Below, piece by piece: positions 12,736-24,579 of a stretch of DNA of 64,000 nucleotides. The stretch's first letter is position 1, and every line of letters starts with the position of its first letter. Under the pieces are notes generated by a model, which saw only the letters and a program-made list of their open reading frames with translations, did not search any database and was not told the origin of the DNA. The stretch comes from Daphnia carinata (taxonomy: Eukaryota). Position numbers and translations under genes: made by a program. The stretch covers positions 2,542,001-2,606,000 of the forward strand of contig NC_081334.1 in assembly GCF_022539665.2 (NCBI RefSeq). Reading direction: 5' to 3'.

Positions 12736-14579
12736 ATGAAGGCGGCAGTAAGTTAACTATTTACAATTATTGATAATATTATGGTGGGTCTCTGTTACGT
12801 TTCGTTTTATAGAAACAGATGACTTTCAAAGTGTGCTTAATTGCTCATAGTTCGCCTTACGTATAACGCATTCATTTTTAAACTATTAATTTTTTTTCCT
12901 GAATAGATTATTGTAAGTTTGCTCGTCGCTGCGGCGTTGGCTGCACCTTCTCAATACGGCTCTGGTTATGGACAACGTGCAGAGGTTGTGTCTTTATACA
13001 CGGATGAGCAATGGGCATCGTTGAACCCTGTTAGATCTGATAACCCATATGAGAATGAAGAGATCCAAAAACAGTGGGCCAGCTTTCTTCAGTAAGTAAA
13101 AATCACTTTGAATGAACAATGGATTGTAGCAAGGGACATGGTTAATAGCGAGTTCTAATTGTTCCAGATACCTTCCCTGGTTGACGGGACCTATCGGTCC
13201 TGCAGGACCCCGAGGACTCACTGGTGCTCCAGGTGCTCCTGGAGAAGTCGTCGTAGTACCAGGACCGCAAGGCCCCGTTGGTCCACTTGGCCCAGCCGGA
13301 CCTAAAGGAGACACTGGAAGTCCCGGAGAACCTGGAGCTCTTGGTGAAACTGGGCCTCAAGGAAAAGATGGGTATGACGGAGCTCCTGGACCTCAGGGAC
13401 CTAAAGGCGAACGAGGTGATAACGGAGAAACCGGACCTGCTGGCCTACCTGGAGCTAAAGGCGAAAGAGGAGAAGCGGGACGTAACGGCCTACCAGGTTT
13501 TGTCGGAGCTCCAGGCGCTCCTGGAAAAGACGGTCGACCAGGAGATGCTGGACCACAAGGACCTAAGGGTGATACTGGTGCGCCTGGTCAAACTATTCCT
13601 TCCAAGGTCCCAGGCCCACCAGGTGCTCCAGGAGCCCCTGGTAAAGATGGAGCTCCAGGCGCCCCCGGTTTAACTGGACCAGTTGGCCCCGTAGGCCCAC
13701 AAGGACCTCAAGGACCTGCCGGCAAAACAGGTGCTCCTGGTTTCAACGGCGGACCTGGTCCCAAAGGAGATAACGGAGCTACCGGAGCCCCCGGTGCTCC
13801 AGGCAAAGATGGTCTTCCTGGCGCCCCGAGTACCCAACCTGGACCCCAAGGTGAGAGAGGACCTCAAGGACCAGCCGGAGGACCAGGTTTAGCTGGTAGG
13901 GACGGCCTTACTGGCGAAACGGGTGCCCCCGGTAAAGATGGAAAAGATGGTGCTCCTGGCCCCCAAGGTTTGTAAATCAACACCATTTAGCCATCATTGT
14001 TCTGTTACTTAAATTTAAAAAAAAACAATTTGCTATTCAGGCCCTCAAGGCGAACAGGGACAACCTGGCAAAGATGGTCACCCTGGCCCAGCTGGCCCAG
14101 TAGGAGCTCCAGGACCCCAAGGACCTCAGGGAGAAACAGGCATTCAAGGACCTCAAGGACCTACAGGCCCATCTGGAGAAACTGGCCCCACTGGCCCTGC
14201 TGGACCTGAAGGTAAAGTAGGACCTGCAGGATATCCAGGTGCCGCTGGACCAAAAGGCCCAGCCGGACCACGTGGACCTGCTGGACCCGCTGGTGAAGAA
14301 GGTGAAACTGGTGCCCCTGGTGCCCCAGGATCTCCCGGACCTGTTGGACCTGCTGGCCCCCCAGGAACGACCAAAGGATACGAATCAGATAGCGCGTATG
14401 GATCTGAAAAGAGGGTGAAGGAGCCTCAATATGGATCCGAAAAGAGAGTGAAGGAACCCGAATATGAGTCTGGAAAGAAAGTGAAGGAAACTGAATATGA
14501 GTCTGGAAAGAAAGCTGTATCTGGTCGTTATAGGACTACCACAAGGTCTTACAAGGATTCTGAGGAGGAGCGTGCTTAA
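12736..14579 (+). CDS. Secreted short-chain (cuticle-type) collagen, 4 coding exons: 12736-12747, 12907-13092, 13168-13967, 14041-14579
   Basis: Signal peptide [16 protein letters not shown], long Gly-X-Y helix with short interruptions, canonical GT-AG introns keep frame, Tyr/Lys/Glu-rich tail ending EEERA*. Confidence 0.93.
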
Positions 14580-15229
14580 GGGTTAAATACTAAAATGTTA
14601 AATCGTAATGAAGAATTCTTAATATCTTTATTTTCGGAATAGTTTATGTATAGCTAACAGGGCGTGGTCGGTCATATCGCCACACAATTTTGACGGAAAA
14701 GCGATCATTGCTGCATTTGATTTAAAGCCACATTTTTTTCATCTTGTTATATTGCACATCAGATGTCTGATGCTATTTGGTAAACCTGAATACACATATG
14801 GAAACACATTTTTATTATTTCAGACTACTCGATAGAAATTCAGGTACAGCCTAGTTAACCGTTTACCCTTTTCTATTTGTTCTCAGTTAATTTTTTTTTT
14901 CTCCTACTTTACTAAGGGAAACTGCTTGGTACAGCCCCTTTATTCCCTCTTGGTTTACCAGGTAACAGTAATAGTATTATTCTATTCTCGGCTTGAAAAA
15001 TTAAATCAAATGGAACCAGCCGCACACGGAAATTCGATTTGAGTTAAACAGCTTTAGATTTCATTGATATAAAATTAAACAATTCAACTTCGTAACAATG
15101 AAAGATACACATTTAGCAAAATTACATTTGTCTCCACAAGAGGCGCTAGAAAAGCGTTGCTTATATGGCAACGTTGGAACTATTGCAAACCCAGCTCACC
15201 AGGGGGCTGGAGTAGCGTTAGATGATGCG

Positions 15230-17500
15230 CATTCTTAAGCGTGTGGGTAAGTTAGTCAGGTTGATTTATTGGTACAGTCGGAATTCTCGTACGAAACTGA
15301 TTTCTTTTGCAGGTGATTACTAGACCTGCATCGTGCGTTTCATACCGCGTGTTTGCAGTTGGATCTCCTTGAATCTTTTACATCCATAATTCTGATGTGG
15401 GTAACTTTGTAAATTGAGAAAAACATGTTTAATCAGTCATAAAAGAAAATACTCTTATGTGACCGTGGTTTAATGGAAATTTTTTTTTATTAGCAATGCG
15501 TTTTTAAGGTGACACAGGCTCCTGAATTTTCACTTCTCAATGGCTGACAAGAGATTGTATTGATAAGTATCTATCCTGTTCAGGTTACATTTACCTTTTT
15601 TTTATTAAGGTATCTGCATTCATCGTTCAAAAAATTTTTATGGGGAAACTTTAGGTAAAATAATTTAGAATGTGAATCTCAAATGAAGTAATGTGAATCC
15701 AGCCATAGAACTACATCACTGTTAGGTGATAAAATCATCCATTCTGCAGTTATTGGTGTTTGAAGCTGGAACTGAATGCAATTTTTTTTTTTTGTAGGTG
15801 TAACAAAGTTAGTGAGGTTTTAATGTTGGCACTGCAGTTTAACTTCTGGAAGTAGATGAGTGGCTTATACCTGGTTTGTCCAATTGGTGTGGCCTTTTGC
15901 ATCGGTGAGCAATTGTTACTGTCTAAACAAGCGACTAAGTATTTTTACGTGAACATAGGAAAACTCATCATGCCAAGAGATGTAAAATGTATGAAAACCT
16001 GCTATCAAGGAGCATCTGGAATGAATAAATGTAAAAAGCTGCTGTATCACTTCATTATGTTTCCTTATGTAAGTTGTTAACAGCACAGCTTAATGGTTTG
16101 TCATGCATTCAGTTTTCTGTTGTGATCTCACAGATGTTAGGGTGTTGCTGTTGGAACAACCATGATCAAATTGGATTATCAAACACTGCTTGAATGTATC
16201 AGGGATCCAAGAAGAGGTAAATGTTTTAAGTTGAATATTTTGATAAAGATAGGTACTCGACCGTTTTGTGTAAGCGGTCGATTGGCGCATGACAAGCACC
16301 TATCCTAATCGTCCTTGGCGCGTATCGGTATTCCTCTTTGTCGTGCAGGTAAAATACATAATTAGAACAGAACATTTAATTTATTTGTCCGTTGGTTCAC
16401 ATAGGGCTACCTTAGAAATCCGAGGACTACTGGAGTTGGAAACACGCAATGTTCATTCATCCATACATAGAGTAACCTAAAGAGTATTTGCATGCGTCAC
16501 AAAGATGTATACACAGTTATGTCTTTCATTTTAGAAAGCGGATTCATCGTGGACTGCCGAGAGGAAAAGAAAATCTTGCGTTACTTATTGACCATCTTCG
16601 TGTAAAATGTTCAGTCCCCAAACTCCCCGTTGAGCGGGCGATTATGGTAACAAATACGACAGGTGTGATATGCGCTCAGGGCGATTAGCTTGAGGATGTG
16701 GGTGTGCTGCTTGGAAGCGGGGATGAATGGTAGCACGTGCCAATCGACTCGGTAAATGACCGAGTGCTTGTTTTCTGAGGAATCGGCGCGTTTGTTACTG
16801 TTGAAGTTGAGAAGTAGCAGCTGGTTTCTTGAGCTACAGTTTCTATCCCTTAAAACTAGGATATTATTAAATTTAAATGTTTAAATTATTTTATATTTAA
16901 CTTTTCTATAACTAGGGGAGTCAAAGCTGCACAGGTAGTCATATCTCTTGATCTATTTGCTCAATTCACAAAAAGTTGAAATATAGTAAAATATAAAAGC
17001 AAAACAAGGCTATGAAACAATTGAAAAACTATTTAGTGATAACAGAACTTAAATTTTGGTATTATGAATAACACCTAGATAAGAATAACATACTACAAAC
17101 CATATGATTCTTCATTGCAATTTTATGTATCAACTTTTACCTATGCTGTTTTGTTGCACAGGTGTTCGGAAGGAGAGTATAGATTGTGGTGCTTTATGGA
17201 AGTTTAAAATGTACGATGCTGGTTTTTTCGGAAGATCAACAGTAGTTTTCAAGGTAATATTTAACAGCCATCTTTGTTTCCAACTAACCTAAAATTTTCT
17301 TTCCAGGTTAGTTTATGCTGATGGACTTTCCGTAAACAAGAAAATATGGCCGGCATCCAACGAATTTACCGTGGATAATAATGAAGCTTCTATAAAATAA
17401 TGCACCAGCAGCAAGCTAATAGGGAGTGTGATTGTTGAGAACTGCTTTGCCAAAGCATTAGGTTCCAAAGATTTAAGTTAATGGGTGCACTAAAACTATG
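15230..17500 (+). ncRNA. Putative multi-exon noncoding transcript
   Basis: Recurrent donor/acceptor pairs at intron-like spacing (e.g. GTAAGT ~15248 to TTTTGCAG 15312; GTAAAA 16349 to CACATAG ~16405; GTAATA ~17254 to CTTTCCAG 17307) with no long or recognisable ORF. Confidence 0.3.
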
Positions 17501-18830
17501 CAAAACCATCCGTTTGGTGGGCTCCATGTGGTGTGTGTGAAAGGTCTGCGAATGCATTTCGGATCACCGTAGCAAGTAATGTTCTTCACTAGTCGCCATT
17601 GAATCGAGTAGTCTACATCATCGTTGGTTTTTTCCCCAATGTTTCTTTTGACTGTTCATTTCTTTCGCCGTTTTTTTTACCTTTGTTTCCCATCGTTCGA
17701 TTGTCGCCCACAACAATTTTGTCATTCATTTTTAAAAACTTTTTCGCGATATTGACATTTTCACAAACATCGCTCAGGCATCACTATTCCGAACCTTTTG
17801 TTACATATACCAGTAATCATGCTTATGTAACATTATACGGCCGTCAATTTATTCTCTGGTGATTATTTTTAGCCCGATAAAATAATCCCTACTTTTCTTA
17901 GTCGGGCTTAAAATTCCTATAGAAAATTAACTAGGAATGTGACCGCTAGATGGCAATAGCAGTAAAACAGAAGAAAGACCGATATTTTTTATTTTGGTTA
18001 AAGAGATTGCCATAAGCTTGTCTTCGAAAGGTTTTATTAAATGTGTTACAATCCGATGGAAAGTTATACACAGAACTGCTATTAAGTGTTTTCGTCCCTG
18101 TGTGTGCGTTGGAAGTGAATCACATTAAATTTTTCACTGTTATGTAACTGTAAGCTTGAAAACTACGGAAGCTGCCAAATCAAAACATTCATCAGGAACT
18201 TTACACTCTGTCATGATATTCAGTTGTTTATTGAGAGGTATATGACTTTTATTTTGGCCATTAGTATACCAATTGAAATGATTCTGCCCTTAAGATCTTG
18301 CTTGGGAAACTTATACAACAAAAGATACTAACGTGGAGGAACATTACCAAAGATGTGAGTTATACAAATCAAAACCACCACTGTCTCATTCTAGTACCGT
18401 TTTGCCAGTCATCAAAATCGGTTTCAATGTGATAGGTGCAACATGTTCCACTTTGTTTTGCTGCCAAAGGTAAACCACCACCAGCCAATATATATAGACA
18501 TGGATGTCCAACCAATCCCTTTTGGTATTTTAAGTTTTACGCTTGTCTACTATTGCTTTTCTTCAAATTTCATATCCCATCGTAGGACTGCCAAGCCCTT
18601 GGCTTCTTCAGTAAAATTGAGGGCCCACTACAATTCGTTCTTGTCTTGTTGTCTTCGGACAACAGTGGTAAGTAAAATTGCATACCCTGTTATAATTACG
18701 TATTTAATCTTATATTTCTAATGTCGTGACACGTCTTTTCATATTTATCATTTAGAATCATGCCATCTTCATCTGCCCCACGCAAAATTGAACATCAAAA
18801 TTCTAAGTTTTGCTCTTATTCACTGCGCCG

Positions 18831-19333
18831 CCCGTCTTCGCCTCGCCCGACGTCCCGTCTTCGCCTCGCCCGACGTCCCGTCTTCGCCTCGCCCGACGTC
18901 CCGTCTTCGCCTCGCCCGACGTCCCGTCTTCGCCTCGCCCGACGTCCCGTCTTCGCCTCGCCCGACGTCCCGTCTTCGCCTCGCCCGACGTCCCGTCTTC
19001 GCCTCGCCCGACGTCCCGTCTTCGCCTCGCCCGACGTCCCGTCTTCGCCTCGCCCGACGTCCCGTCTTCGCCTCGCCCGACGTCCCGTCTTCGCCTCGCC
19101 CGACGTCCCGTCTTCGCCTCGCCCGACGTCCCGTCTTCGCCTCGCCCGACGTCCCGTCTTCGCCTCGCCCGACGTCCCGTCTTCGCCTCGCCCGACGTCC
19201 CGTCTTCGCCTCGCCCGACGTCCCGTCTTCGCCTCGCCCGACGTCCCGTCTTCGCCTCGCCCCGCCCGCCATCCCGTCTTCGCTTCGTGGTCGCTGCGTC
19301 TTCGCCTCGTGGTCGCCCCGTCTTCGCCTCGTC
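18831..19333. repeat. GC-rich minisatellite, 23-bp unit CCCGTCTTCGCCTCGCCCGACGT, 18 identical copies (18831-19244) plus partial and degenerate copies
   Basis: Directly read; 17/23 GC, 5 CpG per unit, no stop codon in any frame. Confidence 0.98.
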
Positions 19334-19435
19334 GTTTTGGTATTGTGTGTGTTTTGCTATGTTTATTCTTAATTAACCCGTTGGCTGCCACCCACCTTTT
19401 ATCCCCTTTTTTTTTTAGCGTGATAGGGACGGGCC

Positions 19436-19644
19436 GCGCTGTTCTGCGCCATGGCTATCTGCCATGGGGTGGAGCAGCGCCACTGCCCAAGATTGGCCAA
19501 ATGGCCCCAAGGCAATGCACCATAGGGAATCCCTTGTTCGAGACGGCGATGTAGACCTGGGATGTGCATTTCCGGAAAGGTCTCATCGCCGTTTCAGCCC
19601 GGACTGTTCTCAGTCCCCCTTGGTCGCTATCCTTTAGATAGCGA
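19436..19644 (+). ncRNA. Cluster of four RNA stem-loops (19436-19480, 19540-19595, 19601-19616, 19624-19644)
   Basis: Inverted complementarity whose non-Watson-Crick positions are mostly G-U on the + strand. Confidence 0.5.
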
Positions 19645-19831
19645 TGTAGCTATAGTAGATAGTAGTGGCGTGGCAGCCAACGGGTTCGTTGTAAGTGTAT
19701 GTATGTATGTATTGTTGTGTGTATTATGTGGAATATGTAAAGTGGTGGATTTGTGGGTGGAAGGAGGGAAAATAAAATAGTTTTAAAAAAAACATGCCTT
19801 ATTTTTGTATTTATTTATGAAGTTGTAGTAT

Positions 19832-19900
19832 TGACAGCTATGGGGATCGAACCTATGTATTCTAGCATGGCAACCAGAAGCGATACCATTATTCCATCTC
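19832..19900 (-). pseudogene. Degenerate tRNA-like element (Gly-GCC-like)
   Basis: Minus strand reads ...TGGAATAATGGTATCGC-TTCTGG-TTGCCAT-GCTAGAA...AGGTTCGATCCCC; B-box present, acceptor stem not intact. Confidence 0.45.
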
Positions 19901-19991
19901 TAATTTGTTATCTTATAATAAGCATTCCCTAATAATCTAGTGTTGAGCTTATTCCTCAATAGCTATCAAAATCTGAACTAAAATGAGAAAG

Positions 19992-20062
19992 GCAAGTCAT
20001 GGCGCAATCGTAGCGTGCTGTTCTAGTGTTTCAAAGGTCTGTGGTTCGAATCTCAGACCGGT
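19992..20062 (+). pseudogene. Degenerate tRNA-like element
   Basis: A-box/D-arm TGGCGCAATCGTAGCGT and B-box GGTTCGAATC at tRNA-like spacing; anticodon arm does not pair. Confidence 0.5.
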
Positions 20063-20193
20063 TAATGTTGAAATGGAAAGCATAGAAAGACAAAAAATCT
20101 GCCGAGCATACATATGTTCATCGGCCAGAAAGAATTTTGCCTTATTTTCGTCATTTCGACATTAAATTGGGTTGACGGAAAAACTATGAGTAT

Positions 20194-20264
20194 GGGGCAT
20201 CTCGGGAATTGAACCCTAGGACTTCGGCTTCTGAATCCAATGCTCTACCATTGAGCTAATTCAC
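20194..20264 (-). pseudogene. Degenerate tRNA-like element (Ala-like D-arm)
   Basis: Minus strand GTGAATTAGCTCAATGGTAGAGCATTGGATTCAGAAGCCGAAGTCCTAGGGTTCAATTCCCGAGATGCCCC: perfect D-arm GCTC/GAGC, T-loop GGTTCAATTCC, imperfect anticodon and acceptor stems. Confidence 0.6.
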
Positions 20265-21533
20265 ATACTTTAATGCTACTATTATTATTAGTGATTTTAG
20301 GAATCAGTGTTCGACTTGGCTAAAAAAAAAAAAAAGTTTCATTTTCGTTGCCTGACCATTGACTGGCTCTCTTCTCGAACAACACATGCCTTTCTTTGCC
20401 TGTACATTGGCTGGCTTGGAAAATCGAAGCCTGAACTCAGAACACTTGCCTTTCTAAATGCCAATATCTATTTTCTTTTCAGACGAATGTTTTTCTATGG
20501 TATCAGATATTGTACATTAGTTGTAACGCTAACTCCTCAATTTTTCTCTAGGGTGTTCTTTTTACAGTACCGACATCTCTTTTTTCGTTTCTTCCACCTG
20601 TCACTAGCCTGTGACGGCGGTGATGCATGTAACGTCAAAAAAAAAGTTCAGATGAAATTGTACATTTGTCAAACAACAAAAAACAACACATATTCAGAAA
20701 TTTGTACAAAAAGGACAAGCTAAGAGAAAAAATTCGCCATATTTAACAAGGCGAAATCGCGCACACCAAAACATCTGAACAAGCACATCACAATCTACAC
20801 AATCTTAGTAAACTGTTTTTAAATCTGAATATTTTTTTTCTACGTTTTCTTCTACGACAAGGCTTCATTTTTTTTCTGCCACAACTCTATCCAGAAAAAT
20901 GCACTCACTATACATGAAGTTGAGTGTAGTCAGGGCCGGATCTCGTTCATGCGGCTGCTAGCGTGGTCGCTGGCTGTAGCAATTGGCGTCGAAACGCGGC
21001 GCCCCTTCAAACTCCATATGGCATCCGCTGCCCAGCGGATGCAAATGCTGCGTAGCTCGGATTTGATGATGAATCTTTTGCTGGTGGGAAACCAATGGCA
21101 GGCTGCCGCCATAAGAACGAGGCGATTCGCGGTTCACGTCACGGCTGTTCTGGTGACGATCTTCCCCACTTGGATCCGAAAACTCCTGGTAGCGGGCAAG
21201 TATCTCGAAACGAAACCGTTTTAAAATTTTTAGACCAAGGAGCAAGAATGCACAGGCTAGTTGCAACTGACTTTGTTGATTGTTGGTGTTTGCATTTGAA
21301 AAGTATAGTTTATGGTCTAAAGAATCCATTATAGTTACCTTGTTTACTCATTGTTTACACTGTCATTGATATTATGCTAAAACAATGTTCTTCAATCACC
21401 AATACCTTAAGCACTTTTACAACTCACTTAAGGTTCGGAGAACTTCCGAGAACGATTTCTTTAGTGGGAGCTGATGTCATCACAACCTCAGTCATCGCAG
21501 TGACATCACAACTCAAGTCTAGTTTTGCTTTTG

Positions 21534-21596
21534 CACTAACACATATCAGTCACTAACACATATCAGTCACTAACACATATCAGTCACTAACACATA
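21534..21596. repeat. 17-bp tandem repeat CACTAACACATATCAGT x ~3.7
   Basis: Directly read. Confidence 0.95.
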
Positions 21597-23985
21597 GCAT
21601 TCATGACAAAATGAGTAAAATTGACAAGTAAAATTACATAGAACCTTGTTGAAAAGGATAAGCATATACCTGTGAAGCTGAACATTTTTGTAGCATGGTA
21701 TATTCCAACAGAAGAGTGAAGACCAAAATCATCCTTTTTCAGGTAATCAAACAATATTTCTTCCTACATGCCTCATTGTTTCCTTCAAAAATGAGCTTTG
21801 TAGCATTTGCAGCTAGGCAAATAAGCTATCAAGGCAATTGGGGTTTCATCACCTAGGATCTGTTTAAATTCATGGAATTAGGCTTTACATTTCCACTTTC
21901 TGATCACTGCTTCCTACTATTGTTTTTTTTCTGGTCACTCTGTAAGAAAAAACGAACTTGCAATATCGTAACTGACTTCGTGGTATGTGACTATACCAAA
22001 TCCAGAACAAATTATGATTATTAAATTACCTGTGGTTGTTGAACTCCAACTCCGAGCAGAAACGCAACCAGCGCGCTTGCATTAAGTAAACAAAGAGGTA
22101 GTCTGACATTGGCCAACCCAGTGGAAGAACAGCCTAAGAGACTGCCCCAAGCGTGTTTAGGCTGGTATCTGGTGGAGGAAACGTGAAACTTTATCGTAAA
22201 CCTAGATTGCCGGATTACTATAATGTTCTTGAAAATAAGCTGAATGCGGATCCGTGCAAAATTACGACGAAGGCAACAAACGGAACGAAAACAATACAAA
22301 TATGCACGTCATGAAGTTTGTGCGATACTGAGTTGATTACGTCAAATAGGTTTTGGGAATGTTGATTCGATTTTCGAAATGCCCAAGAATATTCCTTACA
22401 AAAGACTGTTGCAATAAGGCCAAACAAATTACGGGGACAGGACACGGATCAAGTGTCTAATAGCAATGAACTTTCATTTTCTCCCTCCCCAAACTCTAAA
22501 AAGATGGAGACATGGCAGTTAAAAAATAGCTAGAACCCCAAGATGGTAATGTGAGAAAGTCGTCTATCTTACCCTTCCCTTTCTGCAAACTCAACTCTAC
22601 GGTTTAGATCTGACGTTACCTTGAAAAATAAAATGACACAAATTATTCATATACGAGCGTACATTGGTTACTTCGGATATGCCATTTTAAAACCCCTTTT
22701 TTTTTCTAGGCCAATCCGTTGTTTTCCTTCGCTTACCCACTTTACAAAATTTTCCAATATCGTATTGTTCGCGGTATTTTCGGTGGTCGGTCCAGAATCC
22801 TGGGATTCATGCAGATGCTGGGACAGCAACACAACCATACCTGTCAAAATATTATCTTTAGTACAGAAAAACATAAAGAACAAAGCAAGGATATTTCGAC
22901 TTCGGGACAGTGGCCAAGTCATCAACTTTAACAAATTCAGGCGGTTTTCTTTAGCTGCCATATGATCGATGTGCTTCGCTTATTGTATTAGCGATGATTG
23001 TTTTTTTCCGGGTATCGCCGAATAATAATTTCTGCCAATGAACCATCTGCCGGGTTATAGGAAGAAGAGGGTATGGCTATGAAATGGCAAATTGTTTAAT
23101 TTAAATTATTATACATTATTTTCTAAAGTCTGACATGCATAAATTAACGACATACTCATCCCAAAAAGTGTTATTTAAATAACAAATTAAATTCTTTCTT
23201 CTAAATTTTAAGTACCATTATTAAATACAATCAAATCAACGTTCGACGAAGTAAAAATAATGAGACAAAGACGGAAGTAAAATAAAATTTGGAACAATGC
23301 ATGCTGCCTGCAAAATAAACGCACGCGTACGAAGACTATTATTTCTCAATGCATTCCCAATCAACGATGTTTCTAATGCTGGACGACAAAAGTAAAGTGG
23401 ATTGATAGGTGAAACTTTCAATTATAAACTATGTTATTAATAGTACTATTTTAAGAAACATACAAATTTCCTCAAGCACATGAAGTTGCTTCGTTTCCAA
23501 ATCAATAGCCAATGAATATCGCATAACTTCATCATGAGGTGGATTTTGTTAGCCATCGCCTTGACGGCAGCAACGGTACTTCCATTGAACTGAGGTTTAT
23601 TCTACCCAATTTCCACTAATGCTCTTATTTCCAAAAATGATCTAAGGAATTTTGTTTACTTACCTTTCAGGTTATTTCGCACGTTGTAGAACTTTGATGA
23701 CTGAGAACGAGTCGAGCATGACACTTAAGGTTGATCACATGTCCATGATTACGACGTAGATTACAATCACCGTCAACGAATTTCCGCCTCTTAGAACCCT
23801 TCATCGACCGGTGATAATCGAAACACGAAGCGAGGCGGCCCGCAAGAGTTCCATACTCAGCTCAGCAAGCTCAGTCCGTTTCTCTGGCAACCGGACGTAT
23901 GGAAATTCCACTGAAAAATGCAGAAAGAATTGCTATCATGGTAATACATAAAGGCTTTTTTATCACCACAAAGGATGTGGCAAAT

Positions 23986-24419
23986 AGTTTTGGCGCCATG
24001 AAACGACACCTTTGGTGGCAATACAAATTTGATGTCATGCCACGACATCTCTTGTAGCAATACAGTTTTGGCGTCATGCAACGGCATCTTTTGTGGCAGT
24101 ACAGTTATGGCGTCATGCAACGACATCTATTGTGGCAGTACAGTTATGGCGTCATGCAACGACATCTATTGTGGCAGTACAGTTTTGGCGTCATGCAACG
24201 ACATCTCTTCTCTTGTGGCAATAGAGTTTTGGCGTCATGCAACGACATCTCTTGTGGCAATACAGTTTTGGCGTCATGCAACGACATCTCTTCTCTTGTG
24301 GCAATAGTTTTGGCGTCATGCAACGACATCTCTTGTGGCAATACAGTTTTGGCGTCATGCAACGACACCTCTTGTAGCAATACAGTTTTGGCGTCATGCA
24401 ACGACACCTTTTCTTGCAA
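23986..24419. repeat. 39-bp minisatellite TACAGTTTTGGCGTCATGCAACGACATCTCTTGTGGCAA, 11 copies (two with +5 nt, one with -2 nt)
   Basis: Directly read; the indels shift frame, so not a coding repeat. Confidence 0.96.
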
Positions 24420-24579
24420 TAAATTAAATGCAATAATTTTAAATATATGCTTGCAGACGATAGTGTTTCAGCGTAAAATCATGAAGTACATCCAAGAGAA
24501 GTAACGGTAGTACCATTTTGCACGGAAGAGCTTGAGATCCTCATGTTAAGCTCCATAGATGGCGTTGTCAAGTACTCAC

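Noticed and set aside
18760..19554. Five overlapping long ORFs as real genes
   Set aside because: Explained by a stop-free 23-bp unit; openness alone is not coding evidence
19535..19620. Hammerhead ribozyme on the minus strand (CUGAGAA...GAAAC-stem-GUC)
   Set aside because: Core is CUGAGAA rather than CUGANGA, stem I has only ~2 bp, stem II is out of register, and G-U pairs favour the + strand
19832..20264. Functional tRNA genes
   Set aside because: Acceptor and anticodon stems do not pair properly
18831..24419. CRISPR-like arrays (23-bp and 39-bp repeats)
   Set aside because: Head-to-tail repeats with no unique spacers, no cas genes, eukaryotic context
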